Assembly: GCA_964016885.1 (NCBI GenBank) | Contig: CAXHJY010001198.1 | Location: 1 to 64,000 of the forward strand | Direction of reading: 5' to 3' | From: Eledone cirrhosa | Taxonomy: Eukaryota | Length of the DNA stretch: 64,000 bases | Shown here: positions 1 to 13,300 of the stretch, one piece after another | How the letters are laid out: every line of letters starts with the position of its first letter | Position numbering within the stretch: position 1 is the first letter of the stretch | The notes under the pieces: model-generated | Told to the model about the DNA's origin: nothing | The model's input: the letters and a program-made list of their open reading frames with translations, nothing else | The model's database searches: none | Translations under genes and position numbers: made by a program

Positions 1-3000
1 GTCAATCCACCGCCCTAGACATGTGTGACACTCTACCAATTACTGTCAATCCACCGCCCTAGACATGTGTGACACTCTACCAATTACTGTCAGTCCACTG
101 CCCTAGACATGTGTGACTACCAATTACTGTCAATCCACCGCCCTAGACATGTGTGACACTCTACCAATTACTGTCAGTCCACTGCCCTAGACATGTGTGA
201 CACTCTACCAATTACTGTCAATCCACTGACCTAGACATGTGTGACACTCTACCAATTACTATAAGTCCACTGCCCTAGACATGTGTGACACTCTACCGAT
301 TACTGTCAACCCACTGCCCTAGACATGTGTGACACTCTACCAATTACTGTCAATCCACTGCCCTAGACATGTGTGACACTCTACCAATTACTGTCAATCC
401 ACTGCCCTAGACATGTGTGACACTACCAATTACTGTCAATCCACTGCCCTAGACATGTGTGACACTCTACCAATTACTGTCAATCCACTGCCCTAGACAT
501 GTGTGACACTCTACCAATTACTGTCAATCCACTGCCCTAGACATGTGTGACATTCTACCAATTACTGTCAGTCCACTGCCCTAGACATGTGTGACTACCA
601 ATTACTGTCAATCCACCGCCCTAGACATGTGTGACACTCTACCAATTACTGTCAGTCCACTGCCCTAGACATGTGTGACACTCTACCAATTACTGTCAAT
701 CCACTGCCCTAGACATGTGTGACACTCTACCAATTACTGTCAGTCCACTGCCCTAGACATGTGTGACACTCTACCAATTACTGTCAATCCACTGCCCTAG
801 ACATGTGTGACACTCTACCAATTACTGTCAGTCCACTGCCCTAGACATGTGTGACTACCAATTACTGTCAATCCACCGCCCTAGACATGTGTGACACTCT
901 ACCAATTACTTGTCAGTCCACTGCCCTAGACATGTGTGACACTCTACCAATTACTGTCAATCCACTGCCCTAGACATGTGTGACACTCTACCAATTACTG
1001 TCAGTCCACTGCCCTAGACATGTGTGACTACCAATTACTGTCAGTCCACTGCCCTAGACATGTGTGACTACCAATTACTGTCAATCCACCGCCCTAGACA
1101 TGTGTGACACTCTACCAATTACTGTCAATCCACTGCCCTAGACATGTGTGACACTCTACCAATTACTGTCAATCCACTGCCCTAGACATGTGTGACACTC
1201 TACCAATTACTGTCAGTCCACTGCCCTAGACATGTGTGACACTCTACCAATTACTGTCAATCCACTGCCCTAGACATGTGTGACACTCTACCAATTACTG
1301 TCAGTCCACTGCCCTAGACATGTGTGACTACCAATTACTGTCAATCCACCGCCCTAGACATGTGTGACACTCTACCAATTACTGTCAGTCCACTGCCCCT
1401 AGACATGTGTGACACTCTACCAATTACTGTCAATCCACTGCCCTAGACATGTGTGACACTCTACCAATTACTGTCAATCCACTGCCCTAGACATGTGTGA
1501 CTACCAATTACTGTCAATACACCTGCCCTAGACATGTGTGACACTCTACCAATTACTGTCAATCCACCGCCCTAGACATGTGTGACACTCTACCAATTAC
1601 TGTCAGTCCACTGCCCTAGACATGTGTGACTACCAATTACTGTCAATCCACTCGCCCTAGACATGTGTGACACTCTACCAATTACTGTCAATCCACCTGC
1701 CCTAGACATGTGTGACACTCTACCAATTACTGTCAGTCCACTGCCCTAGACATGTGTGACTACCAATTACTGTCAATCCACTCGCCCTAGACATGTGTGA
1801 CACTCTACCAATTACTGTCAGTCCACTGCCCTAGACATGTGTGACTACCAATTACTGTCAATCCACCGCCCTAGACATGTGTGACACTCTACCAATTACT
1901 GTCAATCCACTGCCCTAGACATGTGTGACACTCTACCAATTACTGTCAGTCCACTGCCCTAGACATGTGTGACACTCTACCAATTACTGTCAATCCACTG
2001 CCCTAGACATGTGTGACTACCAATTACTGTCAATCCACCTGCCCTAGACATGTCTGACACTCTACTACCAATTACTGTCAACTCCACCGCCCTAGACATG
2101 TGTGACACTCTACCAAATTACTGTCAATCCACTGCCCTAGACATGTGTGACACTCTACCAATTACTGTCAACCCACCGCCCTAGACATGTGTGACACTCT
2201 ACCAATTACTGTCAGTCCACTGCCCTAGACATGTGTGACACTCTACCAATTACTGTCAATCCACTGCCCTAGACATGTGTGACACTCTACCAATTACTGT
2301 CAGTCCACTGCCCTAGACATGTGTGACACTCTACCAATTACTGTCAATCCACTGCCCTAGACATGTGTGACACTCTACCAATTACTGTCAATCCACTGCC
2401 CTAGACATGTGTGACACTCTACCAATTACTGTCAAGTCCACTGCCCTAGACATGTGTGACACTCTACCAATTACTGTCAATCCACTGCCCTAGACATGTG
2501 TGACCTACCAATTACTGTCAATCCACTGCCCTAGACATGTGTGACACTCTACCAATTACTGTCAGTCCACTGCCCTAGACATGTGTGACACTCTACCAAT
2601 TACTGTCAATCCACTGCCCTAGACATGTGTGACACTCTACCAATTACTGTCAAGTCCACTGCCCTAGACATGTGTGACACTCTACCAATTACTGTCAATC
2701 CACTGCCCTAGACATGTGTGACACTCTACCAATTACTGTCAATCCACTGCCCTAGACATGTGTGACACTCTACCAATTACTGTCAATCCACTGCCCTAGA
2801 CATGTGTGACACTCTACAAACTCGACTACCAATTACTGTCAGTCCACTGCCCTAGACATGTGTGACACTCTACCAATTACTGTCAGTCCACTGCCCTAGA
2901 CCATGTGTGACACTCTACCAATTACTGTCAATCCACTGCCCTAGACATGTGTGACACTCTACCAATTACTGTCAATCCACTGCCCTAGACATGTGTGACA

Positions 3001-4359
3001 CTCTACCAATTACTGTCAATCCACTGCCCTAGACATGTGTGACACTCTACCAATTACTGTCAATCCACTGCCCTAGACATGTGTGACACTCTACCAATTA
3101 CTGTCAATCCACTGCCCTAGACATGTGTGACACTCTACCAATTACTGTCAATCCACTGCCCTAGACATGTGTGACACTCTACCAATTACTGTCAATCCAC
3201 TGCCCTAGACATGTGTGACACTCTACCAATTACTGTCAATCCACTGCCCTAGACATGTGTGACACTCTACCAATTACTGTCAATCCACTGCCCTAGACAT
3301 GTGTGACTTACCAATTACTGTCAATCCACTGCCCTAGACATGTGTGACACTCTACCAATTACTGTCAGTCCACTGCCCTAGACATGTGTGACTACCAATT
3401 ACTGTCAATCCACTGCCCTAGACATGTGTGACACTCTACCAATTACTGTCAATCCACTGCCCTAGACATGTGTGACACTCTACCAATTACTGTCAATCCA
3501 CTGCCCTAGACATGTGTGACACTCTACCAATTACTGTCAGTCCACTGCCCTAGACATGTGTGACACTCTACCAATTACTGTCAGTCCACTGCCCTAGACA
3601 TGTGTGACACTCTACCAATTACTGTCAATCCACTGCCCTAGACATGTGTGACACTCTACCAATTACTGTCAGTCCACTGCCCTAGACATGTGTGACACTC
3701 TACCAATTACTGTCAATCCACTGCCCTAGACATGTGTGACACTCTACCAATTACTGTCAATCCACTGCCCTAGACATGTGTGACACTCTACCAATTACTG
3801 TCAATCCACTGCCCTAGACATGTGTGACACTCTACCAATTACTGTCAGTCCACTGCCCTAGACATGTGTGACACTCTACCAATTACTGTCAAGTCCACTG
3901 CCCTAGACATGTGTGACACTCTACCAATTACTGTCAATCCACTGCCCTAGACATGTGTGACACTCTACCAATTACTGTCAATCCACTGCCCTAGACATGT
4001 GTGACACTCTACCAATTACTGTCAATCCACTGCCCTAGACATGTGTGACACTCTACCAATTACTGTCAATCCACTGCCCTAGACATGTGTGACACTCTAC
4101 CAATTACTGTCAGTCCACTGCCCTAGACATGTGTGACACTCTACCAATTACTGTCAATCCACTGCCCTAGACATGTGTGACACTCTACCAATTACTGTCA
4201 GTCCACTGCCCTAGACATGTGTGACACTCTACCAATTACTGTCAATCCACCGCCCTAGACATGTGTGACACTCTACCAATTACTGTCAATCCACCGCCCT
4301 AGACATGTGTGACACTCTACCAATTACTGTCAGTCCACTGCCCTAGACATGTGTGACCC

Positions 4360-7300
4360 TACCAATTACTGTCAATCCACCGCCCTAGACATGTGTGACA
4401 CTCTACCAATTACTGTCAGTCCACTGCCCTAGACATGTGTGACTACCAATTACTGTCAATTCACCGCCCTAGACATGTGTGACACTCTACCAATTACTGT
4501 CAATCCACTGCCCTAGACATGTGTGACACTCTACCAATTACTGTCAGTCCACTGCCCTAGACATGTGTGACACTCTACCAATTACTGTCAGTCCACTGCC
4601 CTAGACATGTGTGACCTACCAATTACTGTCAATCCACTGCCCTAGACATGTGTGACACTCTACCAATTACTGTCAATCCACCGCCCTAGACATGTCTGAC
4701 ACTCTACCAATTACTGTCAACCCACCGCCCTAGACATGTGTGACACTCTACAAATTACTGTCAATCCACTGCCCCTAGACATGTGTGACACTCTACCAAT
4801 TACTGTCAACCCACCGCCCTAGACATGTGTGACACTCTACCAATTACTGTCAGTCCACTGCCCTAGACATGTGTGACACTCTACCAATTACTGTCAATCC
4901 ACTGCCCTAGACATGTGTGACACTCTACCAATTACTGTCAGTCCACTGCCCTAGACATGTGTGACACTCTACCAATTACTGTCAATCCACTGCCCTAGAC
5001 ATGTGTGACACTCTACCAATTACTGTCAATCCACTGCCCTAGACATGTGTGACACTCTACCAATTACTGTCAGTCCACTGCCCTAGACATGTGTGACACT
5101 CTACCAATTACTATCAATCCACTGCCCTAGACATGTGTGACTACCAATTACTGTCAATCCACTGCCTAGACATGTGTGACACTCTACCAATTACTGTCAG
5201 TCCACTGCCCTAGACATGTGTGACTACCAATTACTGTCAATCCACTGCCCTAGACATGTGTGACACTCTACCAATTACTGTCAATCCACTGCCCTAGACA
5301 TGTGTGACACTCTACCAATTACTGTCAATCCACTGCCCTAGACATGTGTGACACTCTACCAATTACTGTCAATCCACTGCCCTAGACATGTGTGACACTC
5401 TACCAATTACTGTCAATCCACTGCCCTAAACATGTGTGACACTCTACCAATTACTGTCAGTCCACTGCCCTAGACATGTGTGACACTCTACCAATTACTG
5501 TCAGTCCACTGCCCTAGACATGTGTGACACTCTACCAATTACTGTCAATCCACTGCCCTAGACATGTGTGACACTCTACCAATTACTGTCAATCCACTGC
5601 CCTAGACATGTGTGACACTCTACCAATTACTGTCAATCCACTGCCCTAGACATGTGTGACACTCTAACAATTACTGTCAATCCACTGCCCTAGACATGTG
5701 TGACACTCTACCAATTACTGTCAATCCACTGCCCTAGACATGTGTGACACTCTACCAATTACTGTCAATCCACTGCCCTAGACATGTGTGACACTCTACC
5801 AATTACTGTCAATCCACTGCCCTAGACATGTGTGACACTCTACCAATTACTGTCAGTCCACTGCCCTAGACATGTGTGACACTCTACCAATTACTATCAA
5901 TCCACTGCCCTAGACATGTGTGACTACCAATTACTGTCAATCCACTGCCCTAGACATGTGTGTACCAATTACTGTCAGTCCACTGCCCTAGACATGTGTG
6001 ACTACCAATTACTGTCAATCCACTGCCCTAGACATGTGTGACACTCTACCAATTACTGTCAATCCACTGCCCTAGACATGTGTGACACTCTACCAATTAC
6101 TGTCAATCCACTGCCCTAGACATGTGTGACACTCTACCAATTACTGTCAATCCACTGCCCTAGACATGTGTGACACTCTACCAATTACTGTCAGTCCACT
6201 GCCCTAGACATGTGTGACACTCTACCAATTACTGTCAGTCCACTGCCCTAGACATGTGTGACACTCTACCAATTACTGTCAATCCACTGCCCTAGACATG
6301 TGTGACACTCTACCAATTACTGTCAATCCACTGCCCTAGACATGTGTGACACTCTACCAATTACTGTCAATCCACTGCCCTAGACATGTGTGACACTCTA
6401 CCAATTACTGTCAATCCACTGCCCTAGACATGTGTGACACTCTACCAATTACTGTCAATCCACTGCCCTAGACATGTGTGACACTCTACCAATTACTGTC
6501 AGTCCACTGCCCTAGACATGTGTGACACTCTACCAATTACTGTCAATCCACCGCCCTAGACATGTGTGACACTCTACCAATTACTGTCAGTCCACTGCCC
6601 TAGACATGTGTGACACTCTACCAATTACTGTCAATCCACTGCCCTAGACATGTGTGACACTCTACCAATTACTGTCAGTCCACTGCCCTAGACATGTGTG
6701 ACACTCTACCAATTACTGTCAATCCACTGCCCTAGACATGTGTGACACTCTACCAATTACTGTCAGTCCACTGCCCTAGACATGTGTGACTACCAATTAC
6801 TGTCAGTCCACTGCCCTAGACATGTGTGACTACCAATTACTGTCAATCCACCGCCCTAGACGTGTGTGACACTCTACCAATTACTGTCAATCCACTGCCC
6901 TAGACATGTGTGACACTCTACCAATTACTGTCAATCCACTGCCCTAGACATGTGTGACACTCTACCAATTACTGTCAGTCCACTGCCCTAGACATGTGTG
7001 ACACTCTACCAATTACTGTCAATCCACTGCCCTAGACATGTGTGACACTCTACCAATTACTGTCAGTCCACTGCCCTAGACATGTGTGACTACCAATTAC
7101 TGTCAATCCACCGCCCTAGACATGTGTGACACTCTACCAATTACTGTCAGTCCACTGCCCTAGACATGTGTGACACTCTACCAATTACTGTCAATCCACT
7201 GCCCTAGACATGTGTGACACTCTACCAATTACTGTCAATCCACTGCCCTAGACATGTGTGACTACCAATTACTGTCAATCCACCGCCCTAGACATGTGTG

Positions 7301-10300
7301 ACACTCTACCAATTACTGTCAATCCACTGCCCTAGACATGTGTGACACTCTACCAATTACTGTCAATCCACTGCCCTAGACATGTGTGACACTCTACCAA
7401 TTACTGTCAATCCACTGCCCTAGACATGTGTGACACTCTACCAATTACTGTCAATCCACTGCCCTAGACATGTGTGACACTCTACCAATTACTGTCAATC
7501 CACTGCCCTAGACATGTGTGACACTCTACCAATTACTGTCAATCCACTGCCCTAGACATGTGTGACACTCTACCAATTACTGTCAATCCACTGCCCTAGA
7601 CATGTGTGACACTCTACCAATTACTGTCAGTCCACTGCCCTAGACATGTGTGACACTCTACCAATTACTGTCAATCCACCGCCCTAGACATGTGTGACAC
7701 TCTACCAATTACTGTCAGTCCACTGCCCTAGACATGTGTGACACTCTACCAATTACTGTCAATCCACCGCCCTAGACATGTGTGACACTCTACCAATTAC
7801 TGTCAGTCCACTGCCCTAGACATGTGTGACACTCTACCAATTACTGTCAATCCACTGCCCTAGACATGTGTGACACTCTACCAATTACTGTCAGTCCACT
7901 GCCCTAGACATGTGTGACTACCAATTACTGTCAGTCCACTGCCCTAGACATGTGTGACTACCAATTACTGTCAATCCACCGCCCTAGACGTGTGTGACAC
8001 TCTACCAATTACTGTCAATCCACTGCCCTAGACATGTGTGACACTCTACCAATTACTGTCAATCCACTGCCCTAGACATGTGTGACACTCTACCAATTAC
8101 TGTCAGTCCACTGCCCTAGACATGTGTGACACTCTACCAATTACTGTCAATCCACTGCCCTAGACATGTGTGACACTCTACCAATTACTGTCAGTCCACT
8201 GCCCTAGACATGTGTGACTACCAATTACTGTCAATCCACCGCCCTAGACATGTGTGACACTCTACCAATTACTGTCAGTCCACTGCCCTAGACATGTGTG
8301 ACACTCTACCAATTACTGTCAATCCACTGCCCTAGACATGTGTGACACTCTACCAATTACTGTCAATCCACTGCCCTAGACATGTGTGACTACCAATTAC
8401 TGTCAATCCACCGCCCTAGACATGTGTGACACTCTACCAATTACTGTCAATCCACCGCCCTAGACATGTGTGACACTCTACCAATTACTGTCAGTCCACT
8501 GCCCTAGACATGTGTGACTACCAATTACTGTCAATCCACCGCCCTAGACATGTGTGACACTCTATCAATTACTGTCAATCCACTGCCCTAGACATGTGTG
8601 ACACTCTACCAATTACTGTCAGTCCACTGCCCTAGACATGTGTGACTACCAATTACTGTCAATCCACCGCCCTAGACATGTCTGACACTCTACCAATTAC
8701 TGTCAATCCACTGCCCTAGACATGTGTGACACTCTACCAATTACTGTCAGTCCACTGCCCTAGACATGTGTGACACTCTACCAATTACTGTCAGTCCACT
8801 GCCCTAGACATGTGTGACTACCAATTACTGTCAATCCACCGCCCTAGACATGTGTGACACTCTACCAATTACTGTCAGTCCACTGCCCTAGACATGTGTG
8901 ACACTCTACCAATTACTGTCAGTCCACTGCCCTAGACATGTGTGACTACCAATTACTGTCAATCCACCGCCCTAGACATGTGTGACACTCTACCAATTAC
9001 TGTCAATCCACTGCCCTAGACATGTGTGACACTCTACCAATTACTGTCAGTCCACTGCCCTAGACATGTGTGACACTCTACCAATTACTGTCAGTCCACT
9101 GCCCTAGACATGTGTGACTACCAATTACTGTCAATCCACCGCCCTAGACATGTCTGACACTCTACCAATTACTGTCAACCCACCGCCCTAGACATGTGTG
9201 ACACTCTACAAATTACTGTCAATCCACTGCCCTAGACATGTGTGACACTCTACCAATTACTGTCAACCCACCGCCCTAGACATGTGTGACACTCTGCCAA
9301 TTACTGTCAGTCCACTGCCCTAGACATGTGTGACACTCTACCAATTACTGTCAATCCACTGCCCTAGACATGTGTGACACTCTACCAATTACTGTCAGTC
9401 CACTGCCCTAGACATGTGTGACACTCTACCAATTACTGTCAACCCACCGCCCTAGACATGTGTGACACTCTGCCAATTACTGTCAGTCCACTGCCCTAGA
9501 CATGTGTGACACTCTACCAATTACTCTCAATCCACTGCCCTAGACATGTGTGACACTCTACCAATTACTGTCAGTCCACTGCCCTAGACATGTGTGACAC
9601 TCTACCAATTACTGTCAATCCACTGCCCTAGACATGTGTGACACTCTACCAATTACTGTCAATCCACTGCCCTAGACATGTGTGACACTCTACCAATTAC
9701 TGTCAGTCCACTGCCCTAGACATGTGTGACACTCTACCAATTACTATCAATCCACTGCCCTAGACATGTGTGACTACCAATTACTGTCAATCCACTGCCC
9801 TAGACATGTGTGACACTCTACCAATTACTGTCAGTCCACTGCCCTAGACATGTGTGACACTCTACCAATTACTGTCAATCCACTGCCCTAGACATGTGTG
9901 ACACTCTACCAATTACTGTCAATCCACTGCCCTAGACATGTGTGACACTCTACCAATTACTGTCAATCCACTGCCCTAGACATGTGTGACACTCTACCAA
10001 TTACTGTCAATCCACTGCCCTACACATGTGTGACACTCTACCAATTACTGTCAGTCCACTGCCCTAGACATGTGTGACACTCTACCAATTACTGTCAGTC
10101 CACTGCCCTAGACATGTGTGACACTCTACCAATTACTGTCAATCCACTGCCCTAGACATGTGTGACACTCTACCAATTACTGTCAATCCACTGCCCTAGA
10201 CATGTGTGACACTCTACCAATTACTGTCAATCCACTGCCCTAGACATGTGTGACACTCTACCAATTACTGTCAATCCACTGCCCTAGACATGTGTGACAC

Positions 10301-13300
10301 TCTACCAATTACTGTCAATCCACTGCCCTAGACATGTGTGACACTCTACCAATTACTGTCAATCCACTGCCCTAGACATGTGTGACACTCTACCAATTAC
10401 TGTCAATCCACTGCCCTAGACATGTGTGACACTCTACCAATTACTGTCAGTCCACTGCCCTAGACATGTGTGACACTCTACCAATTACTATCAATCCACT
10501 GCCCTAGACATGTGTGACTACCAATTACTGTCAATCCACTGCCCTAGACATGTGTGACACTCTACCAATTACTGTCAGTCCACTGCCCTAGACATGTGTG
10601 ACTACCAATTACTGTCAATCCACTGCCCTAGACATGTGTGACACTCTACCAATTACTGTCAATCCACTGCCCTAGACATGTGTGACACTCTACCAATTAC
10701 TGTCAATCCACTGCCCTAGACATGTGTGACACTCTACCAATTACTGTCAATCCACTGCCCTAGACATGTGTGACACTCTACCAATTACTGTCAGTCCACT
10801 GCCCTAGACATGTGTGACACTCTACCAATTACTGTCAGTCCACTGCCCTAGACATGTGTGACTACCAATTACTGTCAATCCACCGCCCTAGACATGTGTG
10901 ACACTCTACCAATTACTGTCAGTCCACTGCCCTAGACATGTGTGACTACCAATTACTGTCAATTCACCGCCCTAGACATGTGTGACACTCTACCAATTAC
11001 TGTCAATCCACTGCCCTAGACATGTGTGACACTCTACCAATTACTGTCAGTCCACTGCCCTAGACATGTGTGACACTCTACCAATTACTGTCAGTCCACT
11101 GCCCTAGACATGTGTGACTACCAATTACTGTCAATCCACTGCCCTAGACATGTGTGACACTCTACCAATTACTGTCAATCCACCGCCCTAGACATGTCTG
11201 ACACTCTACCAATTACTGTCAACCCACCGCCCTAGACATGTGTGACACTCTACAAATTACTGTCAATCCACTGCCCTAGACATGTGTGACACTCTACCAA
11301 TTACTGTCAACCCACCGCCCTAGACATGTGTGACACTCTACCAATTACTGTCAGTCCACTGCCCTAGACATGTGTGACACTCTACCAATTACTGTCAATC
11401 CACTGCCCTAGACATGTGTGACACTCTACCAATTACTGTCAGTCCACTGCCCTAGACATGTGTGACACTCTACCAATTACTGTCAATCCACTGCCCTAGA
11501 CATGTGTGACACTCTACCAATTACTGTCAATCCACTGCCCTAGACATGTGTGACACTCTACCAATTACTGTCAGTCCACTGCCCTAGACATGTGTGACAC
11601 TCTACCAATTACTATCAATCCACTGCCCTAGACATGTGTGACTACCAATTACTGTCAATCCACTGCCCTAGACATGTGTGACACTCTACCAATTACTGTC
11701 AGTCCACTGCCCTAGACATGTGTGACTACCAATTACTGTCAATCCACTGCCCTAGACATGTGTGACACTCTACCAATTACTGTCAATCCACTGCCCTAGA
11801 CATGTGTGACACTCTACCAATTACTGTCAATCCACTGCCCTAGACATGTGTGACACTCTACCAATTACTGTCAATCCACTGCCCTAGACATGTGTGACAC
11901 TCTACCAATTACTGTCAATCCACTGCCCTAAACATGTGTGACACTCTACCAATTACTGTCAGTCCACTGCCCTAGACATGTGTGACACTCTACCAATTAC
12001 TGTCAGTCCACTGCCCTAGACATGTGTGACACTCTACCAATTACTGTCAATCCACTGCCCTAGACATGTGTGACACTCTACCAATTACTGTCAATCCACT
12101 GCCCTAGACATGTGTGACACTCTACCAATTACTGTCAATCCACTGCCCTAGACATGTGTGACACTCTAACAATTACTGTCAATCCACTGCCCTAGACATG
12201 TGTGACACTCTACCAATTACTGTCAATCCACTGCCCTAGACATGTGTGACACTCTACCAATTACTGTCAATCCACTGCCCTAGACATGTGTGACACTCTA
12301 CCAATTACTGTCAATCCACTGCCCTAGACATGTGTGACACTCTACCAATTACTGTCAGTCCACTGCCCTAGACATGTGTGACACTCTACCAATTACTATC
12401 AATCCACTGCCCTAGACATGTGTGACTACCAATTACTGTCAATCCACTGCCCTAGACATGTGTGTACCAATTACTGTCAGTCCACTGCCCTAGACATGTG
12501 TGACTACCAATTACTGTCAATCCACTGCCCTAGACATGTGTGACACTCTACCAATTACTGTCAATCCACTGCCCTAGACATGTGTGACACTCTACCAATT
12601 ACTGTCAATCCACTGCCCTAGACATGTGTGACACTCTACCAATTACTGTCAATCCACTGCCCTAGACATGTGTGACACTCTACCAATTACTGTCAGTCCA
12701 CTGCCCTAGACATGTGTGACACTCTACCAATTACTGTCAGTCCACTGCCCTAGACATGTGTGACACTCTACCAATTACTGTCAATCCACTGCCCTAGACA
12801 TGTGTGACACTCTACCAATTACTGTCAATCCACTGCCCTAGACATGTGTGACACTCTACCAATTACTGTCAATCCACTGCCCTAGACATGTGTGACACTC
12901 TACCAATTACTGTCAATCCACTGCCCTAGACATGTGTGACACTCTACCAATTACTGTCAATCCACTGCCCTAGACATGTGTGACACTCTACCAATTACTG
13001 TCAGTCCACTGCCCTAGACATGTGTGACACTCTATCAATTACTGTCAATCCACCGCCCTAGACATGTGTGACACTCTACCAATTACTGTCAGTCCACTGC
13101 CCTAGACATGTGTGACACTCTACCAATTACTGTCAATCCACCGCCCTAGACATGTGTGACACTCTACCAATTACTGTCAGTCCACTGCCCTAGACATGTG
13201 TGACACTCTACCAATTACTGTCAATCCACTGCCCTAGACATGTGTGACACTCTACCAATTACTGTCAGTCCACTGCCCTAGACATGTGTGACTACCAATT

